Source of the DNA: Macrostomum lignano | Taxonomy: Eukaryota | DNA length: 49,140 bases | Reading direction: 5' to 3' | NCBI GenBank assembly: GCA_002269645.1 | Contig: NIVC01004352.1 | Span: 1 to 49,140 of the forward strand | Shown: positions 1-11,738 of the stretch, piece after piece | How the letters are laid out: every line of letters begins with the position of its first letter | Position numbering within the stretch: the stretch's first letter is position 1 | The notes under the pieces: generated by a model | Told to the model about the DNA's origin: nothing | Seen by the model: only the letters and a program-made list of their open reading frames with translations | The model's database searches: none | Position numbers and translations under genes: made by a program

Positions 1-418
1 ACTCCATCATTTTAGCTACTCACTTATTCATCTTCTACTTGATATTTAACTTTCATTCGCCCCTGTCGGAAATATTCATTTATTATTCAAGCCAAAACCG
101 AAAATGTTACTCCGTTTGCTAAATGGTATCTCGAAAATAAACAATCAATAATGAGATACAGAATGAGTAAGAAAATTATAAAATTCGAACGGTACACAAT
201 AAAACCGCAAATTTGACTGACTTTTACTTGTACTTAGCAACTAAAGTCTGCCTACGTCCCACAAGTTTTCATTAATGTAAAAGAATAGAAAAAATTAGAG
301 CTAGGCCCCATTCACACAGATGCACATAAAGCAATTAGTTAAGAACAAATCCGTCTGTTATGTTCAATGCGTCATGATGGACGGAGCGGAATTCCAGAAT
401 AATGCTGGGATGATAGAA

Positions 419-1160
419 TAGGGAGTAGAGTGTAGGGAGTAGAGTGTAGGGATTAAAGTGTAGGGATTAGAGTGTAGTGATTAGAGTGTAGGGATTAGAG
501 TGTAGGGATTAAGGTGTAGGGATTAGAGTGTAGAGAGTAAAGTGTAGAGATTAAAGTGTAGGGATTAGAGTGTAGGGATTAGAGTGTAGGGATTAGAGTG
601 TAGGGATTAGAGTGTAGGGATTAGAGTGTAGGGATTAGAGTGTAGGGATTAGAGTGTAGGGATTAGAGTGTAGGGATTAGAGTGTAGGGATTAGAGTGTA
701 GGGATTAGAGTGTAGGGATTAGAGTGTAGGGATTAGAGTGTAGGGATTAGAGTGTAGGGATTAGAGTGTAGGGATTAGAGTGTAGGGATTAGAGTGTAGG
801 GATTAGAGTGTAGGGATTAGAGTGTAGGGAGCAAAGTGTAGGGATTAGAGTGTAGGGATTAGAGTGTAGGGAGTAGAGTGTAGGGAGTAAAGTGTAGGGA
901 TTAGAGTGTAGGGAGCAAAGTGTAGGGATTAGAGTGTAGGGATTAGAGTGTAGGGAGCAAAGTGTAGGGATTAGAGTCTAGGGATTAGAGTGTAGGGAGT
1001 AGAGTGTAGGGAGTAAAGTGTAGGGATTAGAGTGTAGGGAGCAAAGTGTAGGGATTAGAGTGTAGGGATTAGAGTGTAGGGAGCAAAGTGTAGGGATTAG
1101 AGTGTAGGGATTAGAGTGTAGGGAGTAGAGTGTAGGGAGTAAAGTGTAATGAGTAGAGTG
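419..1160. repeat. 14-bp tandem array (TAGGGATTAGAGTG)n, about 50 copies, just 3' of the ARL15 stop codon
   Basis: Unit read directly. Homogeneous at about 560-830; GAGC/GAGT variants toward the edges. Confidence 0.97.
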
Positions 1161-1225
1161 GGGTTAATTTGAGATTTCGCACCAAGAGACCAGGAATCTT
1201 GATACTAAGGCTGTTCAAACAGAGT

Positions 1226-1932
1226 TCAATCGGCATCGGCCTGGTCGTTGCGAATGACGTCATCGCCGTGAGCGACCAGCAAGAGGTTGGCAATTTTAGT
1301 GAGTGCCAGCATCACCGTGTCGCGCTGTTTGACATTGCAGAGGAGCACGAAAATTTCGCCGTTCCGGCTCTCTGATTGGCCGGCCGAGAACTGCAGCCGC
1401 TCCATCAGCTGAGGGGTTGCAATCGAGTGAGGGGTTGGAAGTGTTGCATTAATGGCTGCCATGACTCGCTTTCACTTGACATTCAAGGTTCCGCTTCTCT
1501 CGCTTCCTCTCTCCCTCCCTCGCCCAACCTCTCTCTCATTGAACCTCTCTCCCTCATTCTCTCCTCTCCCCTCTTTTTTTACCCTCTCTCCCTCTCTCCT
1601 CTACCTTTCCCCTCTCTCTCTGTCTACCTCTCCCCCTTCCTTTCTCTCTCTCTCTCTACCTCTCCCCCTCTTCCTTTCTCTCTCTCTACCTCTTCCTCTC
1701 TCTCCTTCCCTTGCCCAACCTCTCTTTCTTTAACCCTTTTCCCTCTCTCCCTCTCACTCTCTCCCTCTCTCCCTCTCAACCCTCTCTCCCTCTCTCACTC
1801 TCCCCCTCACTCCCTCTCTCCCGCTCTCACTCTCCCCCTCTCTCCCTCTCTCCCTCTCTCCCTCTCCCTCTCTCTCACTCTCTCCCTCTCCCCCTCTCTC
1901 CCTCTCTCCCTCTCCCCTCTCTCACTCTCTCC

Positions 1933-2006
<74 letters not shown>

Positions 2007-4194
2007 CACTCTCTCCCTCTTTCCCCCTGTTTCTCTCGAATCGCTCCCTTCGACAAGCACTTATACATTTGCATTTATTAAAGCAGAGATGCTTCTGTGT
2101 CTTTGTGCAGTTAACCCTATCAGTTTTGCTAGTAATATAATATAGCCATTGGCTAATTGTTGGGCTCCCTATGATGCCTTGCCTCTCAGATTGCTAGGAA
2201 CACAGAAACTGATGCTGCGGTTCATTGTGTAGAGCTGACTGCATTTACCGAACAGCCAGTGTAAATGAAAAAAAGATTAATGTATTCATAAGTCATTTTT
2301 ATTGTGCTTCCTTATGATCTCTTTACACGATATTATAGCGATCATAAAATATGTCAGACACTTTTAGCAATATGTTAGCAGTCAATAACCAATAATTGTG
2401 TTTGTAGTCAGAAACCATCGACTGGTTGATTTTTATTGCAACTAAAATTGCTCAGACAAGGCACAAGCTGCGGTGCATATTACTATTAGTAGGCATTTTC
2501 GTTTTTTACGCAAACAAATGATGCATCTTCTCTATTCCGTGTACTTTTATGAGTTTCCCCTAGAATCTGGGAGGCTGGCCCAGCAACTGACACTCTGGGA
2601 GGCTGGCCCAGCAACTGAGAATCTGGGAGGCTGGCCCAGCAACTGACACTCTGGGAGGCTGGCCCAGCAACTGAGGATCTAGGAGGCTGGCCCAGCAACT
2701 GAGGATCTAGGAGGCTGGCCCAGCAGCTGAGGATCTGGGAGGCTGGCCCAGCAACTGAGGATCTGAGAGGCTGGCCCAGCAACTGAGGATCTGGGAGGCT
2801 GGCCCAGCAACTGAGCATCTGGGAGGCTGGCCCAGCAACTGAGGATCTGGGAGGCTGGCCCAGCAACTGAGCATCTGGGAGGCTGGCCCAGCAACTGAGC
2901 ATCTGGGAGGCTGGCCCAGCAACTGAGCATCTGGGAGGCTGGCCCAGCAACTGAGCATCTGGGAGGCTGGCCCAGCAACTGAGCATCTGGGAGGCTCAAG
3001 CATCATACTTACCTCCACCTCGCCGCATGCCCCGGCGCAGTCTTGGTGCGTGGCCAGAACAAAGACTGGTGCGTCGACCAGCTTGTCGGAGTCCAGCACT
3101 GACCGCAACTCCTGGCGCGCCAGATTCCATCGGCTGTCGTCAGTCTCGCTGGCGTCCACCACGAACATGACGCCGTGAATGTCGGGTCCGTAGTAGCGGG
3201 CCCAGTAAGGCCTGATCTGGTGCGAGCCGCCAAGCTCTTTCACGTGCAAATTCACCGAATCCAGGTGAATATCCTGAAAGATAAACTTTCTGATATTAAA
3301 TTTGATCTATCGGTTAAAAGAGTACGAGATTATTAGCATGCTAGTTGCTAAACTGAAAATTTATTTCACTCAGAAAAAATAACTTCAGATAATTTAAGTG
3401 GGGTTGTTTGTATTGCCTTGGATGTTAAAAGTGTTGTTATTATTAACTGAGAATTAATAACAACTAGAATGTTTTATCGGTTGAGAATTTCATGACATAC
3501 CCTTAAAAATATCATCAGCTGATATACCTTTGAAATATTATATAATAAGCTATCCCATTATAAACAATTAATAAGTTAATTTAAAGTTGCTTTGTAAATT
3601 ACCTTTATATTGAAGCCAGTTGTGGGACTTGTATCCAAGCTATCTTGTAAGAAGCTATTGAGCAATGCTGTTTTTCCTGATTTGTCCAGGCCAACGCAGA
3701 TTAAGTCGAATTCCTCTTTTGGTGGTGGTTCTTTAACACAACAGGCCATCTTGTAAATCTGTTTGATTTGGTTTAGATGTCAATGAATACATAAATGAAA
3801 TGAAATTAAGGATGAATTCGTGCATTAAGTAAACATGAAAAGATTGTTAAAATTAAATTCCTCAAATATAAACTAATTTTTTATGTTTATTATAGTGTCA
3901 TCAAATGAAATGGTGTCTAAAGTATTTTAGGATAATTTTACCTATTTGCATTGTGAATCGAAAGCAGAACAGAATAAAAAATTAAACCCAAGTATTTCTT
4001 GTCAATAGATGTGCTGCAGTCATTACGTAGTGTATTTTTTAAAAGTGTTTGTAATAACAATGGACATTAAGGTTAACAAGGCGGTTAAAAATATAAAAAA
4101 TATAGTCCTAGTCGTCACAGTCACAGACTCAGTCACTTACATTGTAGCAACAAATTCTGCTGACACTAAAGCATAAGGCCAAATTTTGTGTCAT
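1226..4194 (-). CDS. ARL15: ADP-ribosylation factor-like GTPase 15, 4 coding exons, 217 aa
   Basis: Exons 4141-4194, 3603-3758, 3013-3273 and 1226-1408; all junctions GT-AG, phase 0, lengths divisible by 3. Translation MTQNLALCFSVSRICCYN-IYKMACCVKEPPPKEEFDLICVGLDKSGKT..SPTTGFNIK-DIHLDSVNLHVKELGGSHQIRPYWARYY..FVLATHQD..-LMERLQF..DAD*. The P-loop GLDKSGKT, the KELGG switch II and the xHQD motif match ARL15 as recalled. Confidence 0.92.
1497..2040. repeat. CT-rich microsatellite/low-complexity tract in ARL15 intron 3
   Basis: Near-pure pyrimidine tract with perfect (CT)n at about 1948-2002. Confidence 0.95.
2563..2997. repeat. 28-bp tandem array (CTGGGAGGCTGGCCCAGCAACTGAGCAT)n, about 15 copies, ARL15 intron 3
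   Basis: Unit read directly; begins about 15 nt inside the donor (GTAAGT at 3012). Confidence 0.96.
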
Positions 4195-5439
4195 TATTCT
4201 TTGAAAACTAATTTATAAACAATTCATCTGCGAAACACTTCAGTTTTCGCAGACTGTTGCCTCGATTGAAAACTGAAAATGTTATGCGGTAACCTCAATG
4301 GCAATGCCTTTCTTCTTGTGTTTAATAATTAATTAATTTGCGATAAAATTGAAAGGCAAAACAACGACTGTAAATAATTATGGATGTAGATTTTTTCAAG
4401 TATTAAATGAAAAAAATATTTATAGTTTTACTTTCGTACAATTATTGTAACTATTTGCTGTTTCAACTTAGTTTTTAATAAAAAAATAGCTTTTTGTTTT
4501 AAATAGTACTGCCAATGTCACGGGTTAAGTATAATGTAAAAGGCTACAGTCGACCAGTAAAAGATTTTTCCTCGTACTCGTACATGTAAGCTCCAAAGAC
4601 GGCGCGAATCACCTCATGAATCGAATAATGCAAGTTAATACCTTTACTCCGAAATAATGCAAACATTGCTTTCTGTAGAAATTTACAGCTAGTGTACAAA
4701 TTTGATTGTCATGAAGTTCCAAAACCGAGATTAACCAAATTGTACGAGCTAACACCAAATGTTGCAGCCACCCTAAACTCACTACGGAGAATGTCTTTGG
4801 TTACCATAAAAAGTCCTATATAAACCGTTCCTGCGTGTACTTAAGAGTGCAAGAAACTGTTAATACAAATCCTCTATAGCGAGCCAATTGCGACACTTGT
4901 TGGGTCGCAAGGCTAATGTAATTAAATTACATGTAGAATTTTTAATATAAAATGAGCTGCTCCAGTCCGTATTGATGAACATCCCCGAGGCGTAGAAGCA
5001 TCTAGTTTCTTCCACAGTATCGTATGGGGAAGTGCATCTTTTAAAAAGTTAAAGCTTGGTTAATTTATACTTTATTCATCGCGCACTAGTGCAGAGATTC
5101 AACTGCAGAGACGATCGATGAATGGGCCGCTCAATCAAAAAGAATTTAGTGATAGCCTAGGATTATATATAGAACTCTTTAGAATTCCAAGATTAAGTGC
5201 TCGTTGCGGAATCCTAATGCGAAATTCAATTCAATGCACATAAGAATAAGCTAAGGATGGCCGATGGGGACTGCATGTTGGTCATGGCTTAGTCAGAATA
5301 TTTAATTACACTGTAAACACGTACATGTACTTCTACACCAGGGGTCGATGATAATCTAGGTGGACGACTGCGGGCCAGGGAGATAGAGGCCGGATAGAGA
5401 AAGAATTGAGGCGTGGGAATAAAGGAAAAAAGAGATCAG

Positions 5440-5695
5440 AGCTACATGTACAGTATTGCGCGGCGCATCTGAAGGCTGCGTACGGCTGTTCAGTCCAAAG
5501 GACTGCAGGGGGCCGGTCGCCACATACTCCCTCAATTATATCAGCTAGTGCTGGCATCCATGTTACAGCTGGGTGAACTGAAGCAATGCAGAGTTTAATC
5601 GCCTTGCTCCAGGACACAAATTGTTCCGAGTTGGGTCGAGAATCGAACCCCCAACCTACAAGTCGTGAGTCCGACGCTCTAACTACTGAGCTCTA
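5440..5695 (-). mobile_element. tRNA-derived SINE, family A, copy 1
   Basis: Minus strand reads AGCTCAGTAGTTAGAGCG (A box) and GGTTCGATTC (B box), then a body shared with copies at 24856-26373 and 45276-45540 (AACTCTGCATTGCTTCAGTTCAC..GGACTGAACAGCCGTACGCAGCCTTCAGATGCGC). Confidence 0.85.
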
Positions 5696-6606
5696 CTCAT
5701 GGGCTACAAGCCCTAAGCAAAACTGCTAAAACTGCTACTGACTGCAAGTTTACTCTTTCAATTCGTAATTTTATCGAGCATTAAATGCAATTAGAACTAA
5801 CAGAGCTAGATGTAACAAATGAAGACAAAACTGACACTAATTATTTATTTCACAAACTCTCCCGAGTCCACAAAACACGGAGAGTAGGAGCAAAGAATTT
5901 TCGCAGTCAAGTCAAAGTCAGTTTTTATTTCAGAGATTTACAATTGAAGCGTATGGCGCTTGGCAATTTTTACACGGTTCGTTTGAGTTTTTTTTATAAA
6001 AAAGATAATGAAAACCCAGCACTTGCTACTGTAAGTAGAGTTAAGCACTGCGCGGAAATACTGCGGTACATCGTGGCTGGGATATAAGGCAAAAGTTTGA
6101 CAATTCAACCTAATTGAAAGCTTACAGATAGTTTTACGGACACTTGAACAGAGCCAGAAGTGCAACAAATATTAGAGTAAAAAAGCGAAAATTAATTAAC
6201 AAAGCAGACAACCATGAGCAACTGAGCTTAGCAAATAGGTTCAAGAAAAAGCAAAAAAATTAAGCTTACATAAGTTGAAATTATGAGCACGTGAAATGTT
6301 AAATTAATAGTATTTTGAAGCAAGCTGACAGACTGGCACTGTAGTAAAACAAAGTATGATTACAGCTACTATACAGAAGACATTGCACCAACAAGCGCTG
6401 TGTACGCCGCTTGTCCAACTGACCTATGGAAGAATAAAAGAACACAAGGAGCGTTAGAAGCAGTATTGAAACTAATATTTTTTGGAAAACAAAGTTATGA
6501 AGGCTAGATTATAAAATGATGATAAAGTGAAAACTGTTCTACGAATCAGATAATCCCATCAAGTACTCGTTTTTTGACCAAGCTTATCTTATTTAGCCAT
6601 GTTTTT

Positions 6607-7073
6607 GTTGGCAAAAACAGATACTAGAATAACTAGATGGGCCACTCAGCACACTCAGCACTTTCAGTTCAGTAGCAAGTTAAACTTAAGCATTTTAATG
6701 TACTTTTAAAGCCAAGGCTCATTTATTGGCTCTTACCCCCAGCTTAAACCCTCCAACCGCCGCCTTTCCGCACTTACCCCCTCTGCCCCGCCCCAATTTT
6801 TATTGCCTTTCTCAGAATTCCAGCCAGCCTAAATCTGCCATGTACATTTCAGTGGACTGGCCAACAATGTACATTATTGCTGAACCAATTAGCGAGTTGT
6901 TTACGCCTGCAAGATTGGCTTCTAAACTTATCAAAGTCATTTCAGCTGCCTTTATTTTTATAAAATAGCTTATGTATTCTTCGTTGCTACTGAACTGCAA
7001 GTAGAAAGCTGTTTTACTAAATATATATGCCTGAGTGGCCCCATCTAGTTATACCGGTATCTGTGTTGGCAAC
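6607..7073. mobile_element. Foldback/MITE-like element with imperfect inverted ends
   Basis: AACTAGATGGGCCACTCAG (6631-6649) is inverted at CTGAGTGGCCCCATCTAGTT (7031-7050). Similarity extends outward (GTTGGCAAAAACAGATAC vs GTATCTGTGTTGGCAAC) and inward (CAGTTCAGTAGCAA). No clear TSD. Confidence 0.6.
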
Positions 7074-7280
7074 CTTCGAAATATGTTGTGGTCTGTCTTT
7101 TTAATCCTAAAGCCATGGTGTTGCTGTTTCAACAAATTTAGATAATTTTAGCCTTCAAACGTATTTCACATTCTTCAACGTGTACTTTTAGCGACCCATT
7201 GAAGAAGGAATCAGGACAGGGGGGAGGATTAATAAGATGAAAAAGTCCGACTGACTGAGGGCGTTTGGCAACGCTGTGCT

Positions 7281-8975
7281 TCACAGAACTGCGCAGCAAT
7301 GACAGCCGCTGTCGCTGCGCTTTGAGTTGCGGCGCTCTTCTGAAATAAAATTATTTAATTAATAGTTATAGATTAATTATCTTTATTTACTGATAACAGT
7401 TGACACAGCTAAGTCGACGTTATTGAGATCAAAGAATTTCGATGCAGAGTAAGTGCGCAATTTAACTTATTTAACTAGTGTGACTCAATCTGACACACTC
7501 AGCATTGTGATCAGACCCAGTCTGACACACTCAGCACTGCAATCAGACCCAGTCTGACACACTCAGCACTGCAATCAGACCCAGTCTGACACACTCAGCA
7601 CTGCAATCAGACCCAGTTTGACACACTCAGCACTGCAATCAGACCCAGTCTGACACACTCAGCACTGCAATCAGATCCAGTCTGACACACTCAGCACTGC
7701 AATCAGACGCAGTCTGACACACTCAGCACTGCAATCAGACGCAGTCTGACACACTCAGCACTGCAATCAGACCCAGCCTGACACACTCAGCACTGCAATC
7801 AGATCCAGTCTGACACACTCAGCACTGCAATCAGACGCAGTCTGACACACTCAGCACTGCAATCAGACCCAGCCTGACACACTCAGCACTGCAATCAGAC
7901 CCAGCCTGACACACTCAGCACTGCAAGCAGACTCAATCTGACACACTCAGCACTGCAATCAGACCCAGTCTGACACACTCAGCACTGCAATCAGACCCAG
8001 CCTGACACCCCAGAGCTCACCATCAGCAGGCTGGGGCGGAGCTGTCTCCCTGGAGACCAGGTGCATGACAGTGGTCTTGCCAAGCGGCAGGCGCAGGGCA
8101 GACAGGGTCACACTGGGATGAAGGAATCGGCCGTGATAGATGAGGCGAAGGATGTTGGAGTCTGGCCGCTCAGCCGACGACCAGTCTGGGGGGGGGTGGT
8201 TGAGCAACCTAGAGTGTTCACTGAAAAACATTTCTGATTATCTCTCGTATCTCAGATCTGTTTCTCCCATCTCAGATCTACCTCTCCCATCTCAGATCTA
8301 TCTCTCCCATCTCTGATCTATCTCTCCCATCTCTGATCTATCTCTCCCATATCTGATCTATCTCTCCCATCTCTGATCTATCTCTCCCATCTCTGATCTA
8401 TCTCTCCCATCTCTGATCTATCTCTCCCATCTCTGATCTATCTCTCCCATCTCTGATCTATCTCTCCCATCTCTGATCTATCTCTCCCATCTCTGATCTA
8501 TCTCTCCCATCTCTGATCTATCTCTCCCATCTCTGATCTATCTCTCCCATCTCTGATCTATCTCTCCCATCTCTGATCTATCTCTCCCATCTCTGATCTA
8601 TCTCTCCCATCTCTGATCTATCTCTCCCATCTCTGATCTATCTCTCCCATCTCTGATCTATCTCTCCCATCTCTGATCTGTTTCTCCCATCTCTGATCTA
8701 TCTCTCCCATCTCTGATCTATCTCTGATTTTTAATGATATCCTGTACGAGTATAATTTCCCTCTTGATGTATAATTAATAAAATATTGACATTCCCCAAA
8801 ATCACTCAGCTTAAATTCACCTACCTTCAGGCCAGTTGTGAAACACAAAATCAGTTATCTCTTGAGCACAGTCATCTGGATTAAATAGGAAATTATGAAC
8901 TTCTCCTGACACTAATAGGAGGCGAAGGTTAACCCGATCTGCTGGCACCAGGGGCATTGGCAATTCATTGTCCAT
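7281..8975 (-). CDS. UBL3: Ubiquitin-like protein 3 (membrane-anchored Ub-fold), 3 exons, 124 aa
   Basis: Exons 8825-8975, 8021-8185 and 7281-7339; GT-AG, phase 1/1. Translation MDNELPMPLVPADRVNLRLLLVSGEVHNFLFNPDD..HNWPE-DW..NILRLIYHGRFLHPSVTLSALRLPLGKTTVMHLVSRE..-EERRNSKRSDSGCHCCAVL*, with a C-terminal CAAX box. Confidence 0.95.
7485..8008. repeat. 32-bp tandem array (TCTGACACACTCAGCACTGCAATCAGACCCAG)n, about 16 copies, UBL3 intron 2
   Basis: Unit read directly; begins about 12 nt inside the donor at 8020. Confidence 0.96.
8250..8728. repeat. 20-bp tandem array (TCTCTCCCATCTCTGATCTA)n, about 24 copies, UBL3 intron 1
   Basis: Three identical units per 60-nt line from 8341 to 8660. Confidence 0.97.
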
Positions 8976-10454
8976 TGCTACCTATTATGCAACATGAATG
9001 TTAAAACAAAAGCAATAAAAACTTGAATTTGCTTTTAATTACATTTATGGCACATTTTCTAAGATCTCTAGTTAAGGTTTAAAAAATTAACCATTTATCA
9101 ATTCAGAAAAAATAGGCTTACTTTCTTTAAAATGGCATCTTAGTTTGGAAATTTTCAATATATACCATTTTTAAAATTGTCTTAACACCATGATATTCTT
9201 CTTTTGATGTTAAAAATATATTTCCATCCTATTTATGGTTCATAATTATAACTATACTATTTAAGCTATTAACTGGCATAAAAACTGGAATTTTTTGTTT
9301 TGTAGAGCCATTTCATATTTTTAAAAATTTATATTTATTTAATTAAAATTTAATACAATATTAAAACTATATTATTATATAAATATAAATATTTAATAGC
9401 TCGTATTTTTTAGTATTATATATTAAAAATATTGAGCTAGAATACTTATTTAAAATTCAATAAAACTCTATATTCCAGAAGATTTAGTGCATGCCAAATT
9501 TTTCAAACATGCATTCTGAAACCTTAACATTACAATTGCCATACAGTGTGCATGTCATGGCATGCCAATGTATATACATAGTGTATATAAACACTTATGA
9601 ATTTTTTGATATACAAGTATATTATTATTATTTAGTATACAGTGCAAAGATTATTTCTCTAGCTAGATGCCTTAGAATGCAAGATGATTCTGCCAAAGAT
9701 GAAATGGAAACAGTATCGTCTGATTCTGATTCTCATTCAAGCCAAGCATAGAGGCATCAGAGGAGGTTGCCGAGGACAATATCTGGCCAGTTTCAAATAC
9801 TCATTCATAGCTTAATAGCTCACAAGACTGAATTCTGCATGTACAAGCTTAAAAGTCCTGTTTTATTCTAGGCTTTTTTCTTGAAGTACAGACAATTGAA
9901 TGGATGCCTAGAATTAAAAAAACTAATTCAGGTGGTGCGAACTTAACCTATTTTATTTAGCTAATTCAGAACAAGGATTTTCTATCTATAAACATATAGT
10001 ATATGATAGAAGAACACAATTAACATCTGCCAAAATTGAGTATCTATTACGAAATTGCAATAATGGTCCTCCATTGAGCAATTTTATACTGGAAATTTAT
10101 GTAAATAACTGGCTAAAGTCACTGGGTATCAGATGCTCCTGGTAGAAGAGATTCAGAATACTTATATCTTTGTCTCCTTAAATTAAATTTGTAGGAATAT
10201 ATTATGGGTAAATACTTAGTATTGTACTCATAGAAGGCAAATATTGTAGTAGTCATAGACTAGCAGTAAGTAGTACCTATGTAGCTGAGTCAAGAGTCAA
10301 AGATAGAATAAAATTATTAAAATTATTATATTTTATCATTACATTTAATGAACTCATCAGGACTGCAAAATACACAATTTTCTTTGTGCAATTTGCTCTT
10401 TTTCTTTATTTATTTTGTTACAAAGCCTAAGCAAAGGAGATGACAGGCAGAAAA

Positions 10455-10630
10455 TCTCCCAATTGCAACTTAGTTCCTCCTGATTGCAACTTAGTTCCTC
10501 CCAATTGCGACTTAGTTCTTCCCAATTGTGACTTAGTTCCTCCTGATTGTGACTTACAAGCTAGTTCCTAAAGATTATGACTTAGTTCCTCCTAATTGCA
10601 ACTAAGTTCCTCCCGATTGCGACTTAATTT
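10455..10630. repeat. Degenerate tandem repeat, about 20-bp unit (AATTGCAACTTAGTTCCTCC-like), about 8 copies
   Basis: Recurrent ATTGYRACTTAGTTCC motif. Confidence 0.8.
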
Positions 10631-10772
10631 TAACTTTGTATGTGACTTTTCTTGCCTTTTTCTATTTTCTTCTCTTTCTCTTTTTCTCTCTTCTTTCCCT
10701 CTCTTTCTTCTCCCTCCTTTCTTTTTCCTCCCAATTTTTCATTTTTTTGTATTTTTGATTTTGTGACTTTTG

Positions 10773-11738
10773 AGGGGTGTCTAAGAAGTAGTGTCACTCA
10801 GAAGAAAGCCACAAGTAGAGCTGATCAAGCACAGAGTTGCAAGATATCAGCTGCAAGATTTGTTCCAGTCATGGACCCTAACTTTTGGATAAGTTGGCAA
10901 CACACTGCCAGCTAGCCTCAAACTGTTTTATCCACCTGTAAACTGTTCCAATTGATGGCATTGGGAGTCGGGACTGTGAATGCGGTTCAGGTTTTTGTGA
11001 ATATCAGAGCATTTCTGACCAAGACTCTAAAGTGTAAAAATTGTGTGTCTCCACCCTTCTGTAGAGTGAAAGTTAGGGTCCATGAAAGGGGGGTCGTAGC
11101 CCAGCGGTAGCACAGCTGCTTTGGTGTGCCAGCAACCCAGGCTCGATTCCAAGTGCAGTCACATTAATTTTGGGCTGAATTGGAATCTCGGCTTGGCTCT
11201 GCTTGTGCAATTACCGGCCTTGAGAGCCAACCCCCCAAGGTGCAGTGAAGTGTACATGCCTAACAATAAATAAAGTTAGGGCCGCTGTATACTCCTGTGT
11301 GAGTGTGTGCCTGCATACGTATCCGCGCACTTGTATGCCTGCTCAGGGGAGTCGGCAGAATGGACAGTAATGCCTCTCGCTGGTTGTGTGCCTATGTCGC
11401 TTAAAGTGCGCCAGGGTACATACAACCCCCCTGCCTCTAATAAAATAGGGTCCATGACTGGAACAAATCTTGCAGTTGCTGTCTTGCAACTCTGTGCTTG
11501 ATCAGCTCTACTTGTGGCTTTCTTCTGAGTGAGTATAGAAGCACTATGCAGTGTGTATTTCTATGGCCAAGGGTATGCAAAAAATGCATGCTGCTTATAG
11601 CAGGAAGCACTTATAAAAATTAGACTTTTGTGGCCTAAAAGCTAAAATAAGCCACTAACTTTTAGGGCATATGATTTTTTAACACACATTAATACTTGTG
11701 GAAGCAAGCAAAAGTGACACTACTTCTGGGACACCCCT
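10773..11738. mobile_element. Foldback MITE with about 113-bp inverted arms; right arm interrupted by two insertions
   Basis: Left arm 10773-10885 is the reverse complement of 11069-11085 + 11458-11532 + 11718-11738. The right end TGGGACACCCCTTGTA resembles Tc1/mariner-type ends (inference). Confidence 0.75.
11086..11445 (+). mobile_element. tRNA-derived SINE, family B, copy 1, with 12-bp TSD
   Basis: GGGGTCGTAGCCCAGCGG (A box) and GGCTCGATTCC (B box). TSD TAGGGTCCATGA at 11074-11085 and 11446-11457. Homologous copy at 46143-46445 on the minus strand. Confidence 0.85.

Noticed and set aside
1376-2145. Leu/Ser/Pro-rich ORFs of 254, 93 and 144 aa
   Set aside because: They are translations of the CT microsatellite in ARL15 intron 3.
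5440-5695. Possible tRNA genes here and at 11086, 24856, 45276 and 46445
   Set aside because: A/B boxes are present but there is no complete cloverleaf, and each continues into a shared family body of about 200-300 nt, so they are SINEs.
5785-6470. 100-aa ORF and a nearby ATG-less open stretch
   Set aside because: AT-rich, no motif, no splice partners identified.
6650-6662. 13-mer CACACTCAGCACT shared with the UBL3 32-bp array unit
   Set aside because: A single short, low-complexity match that is compatible with chance.
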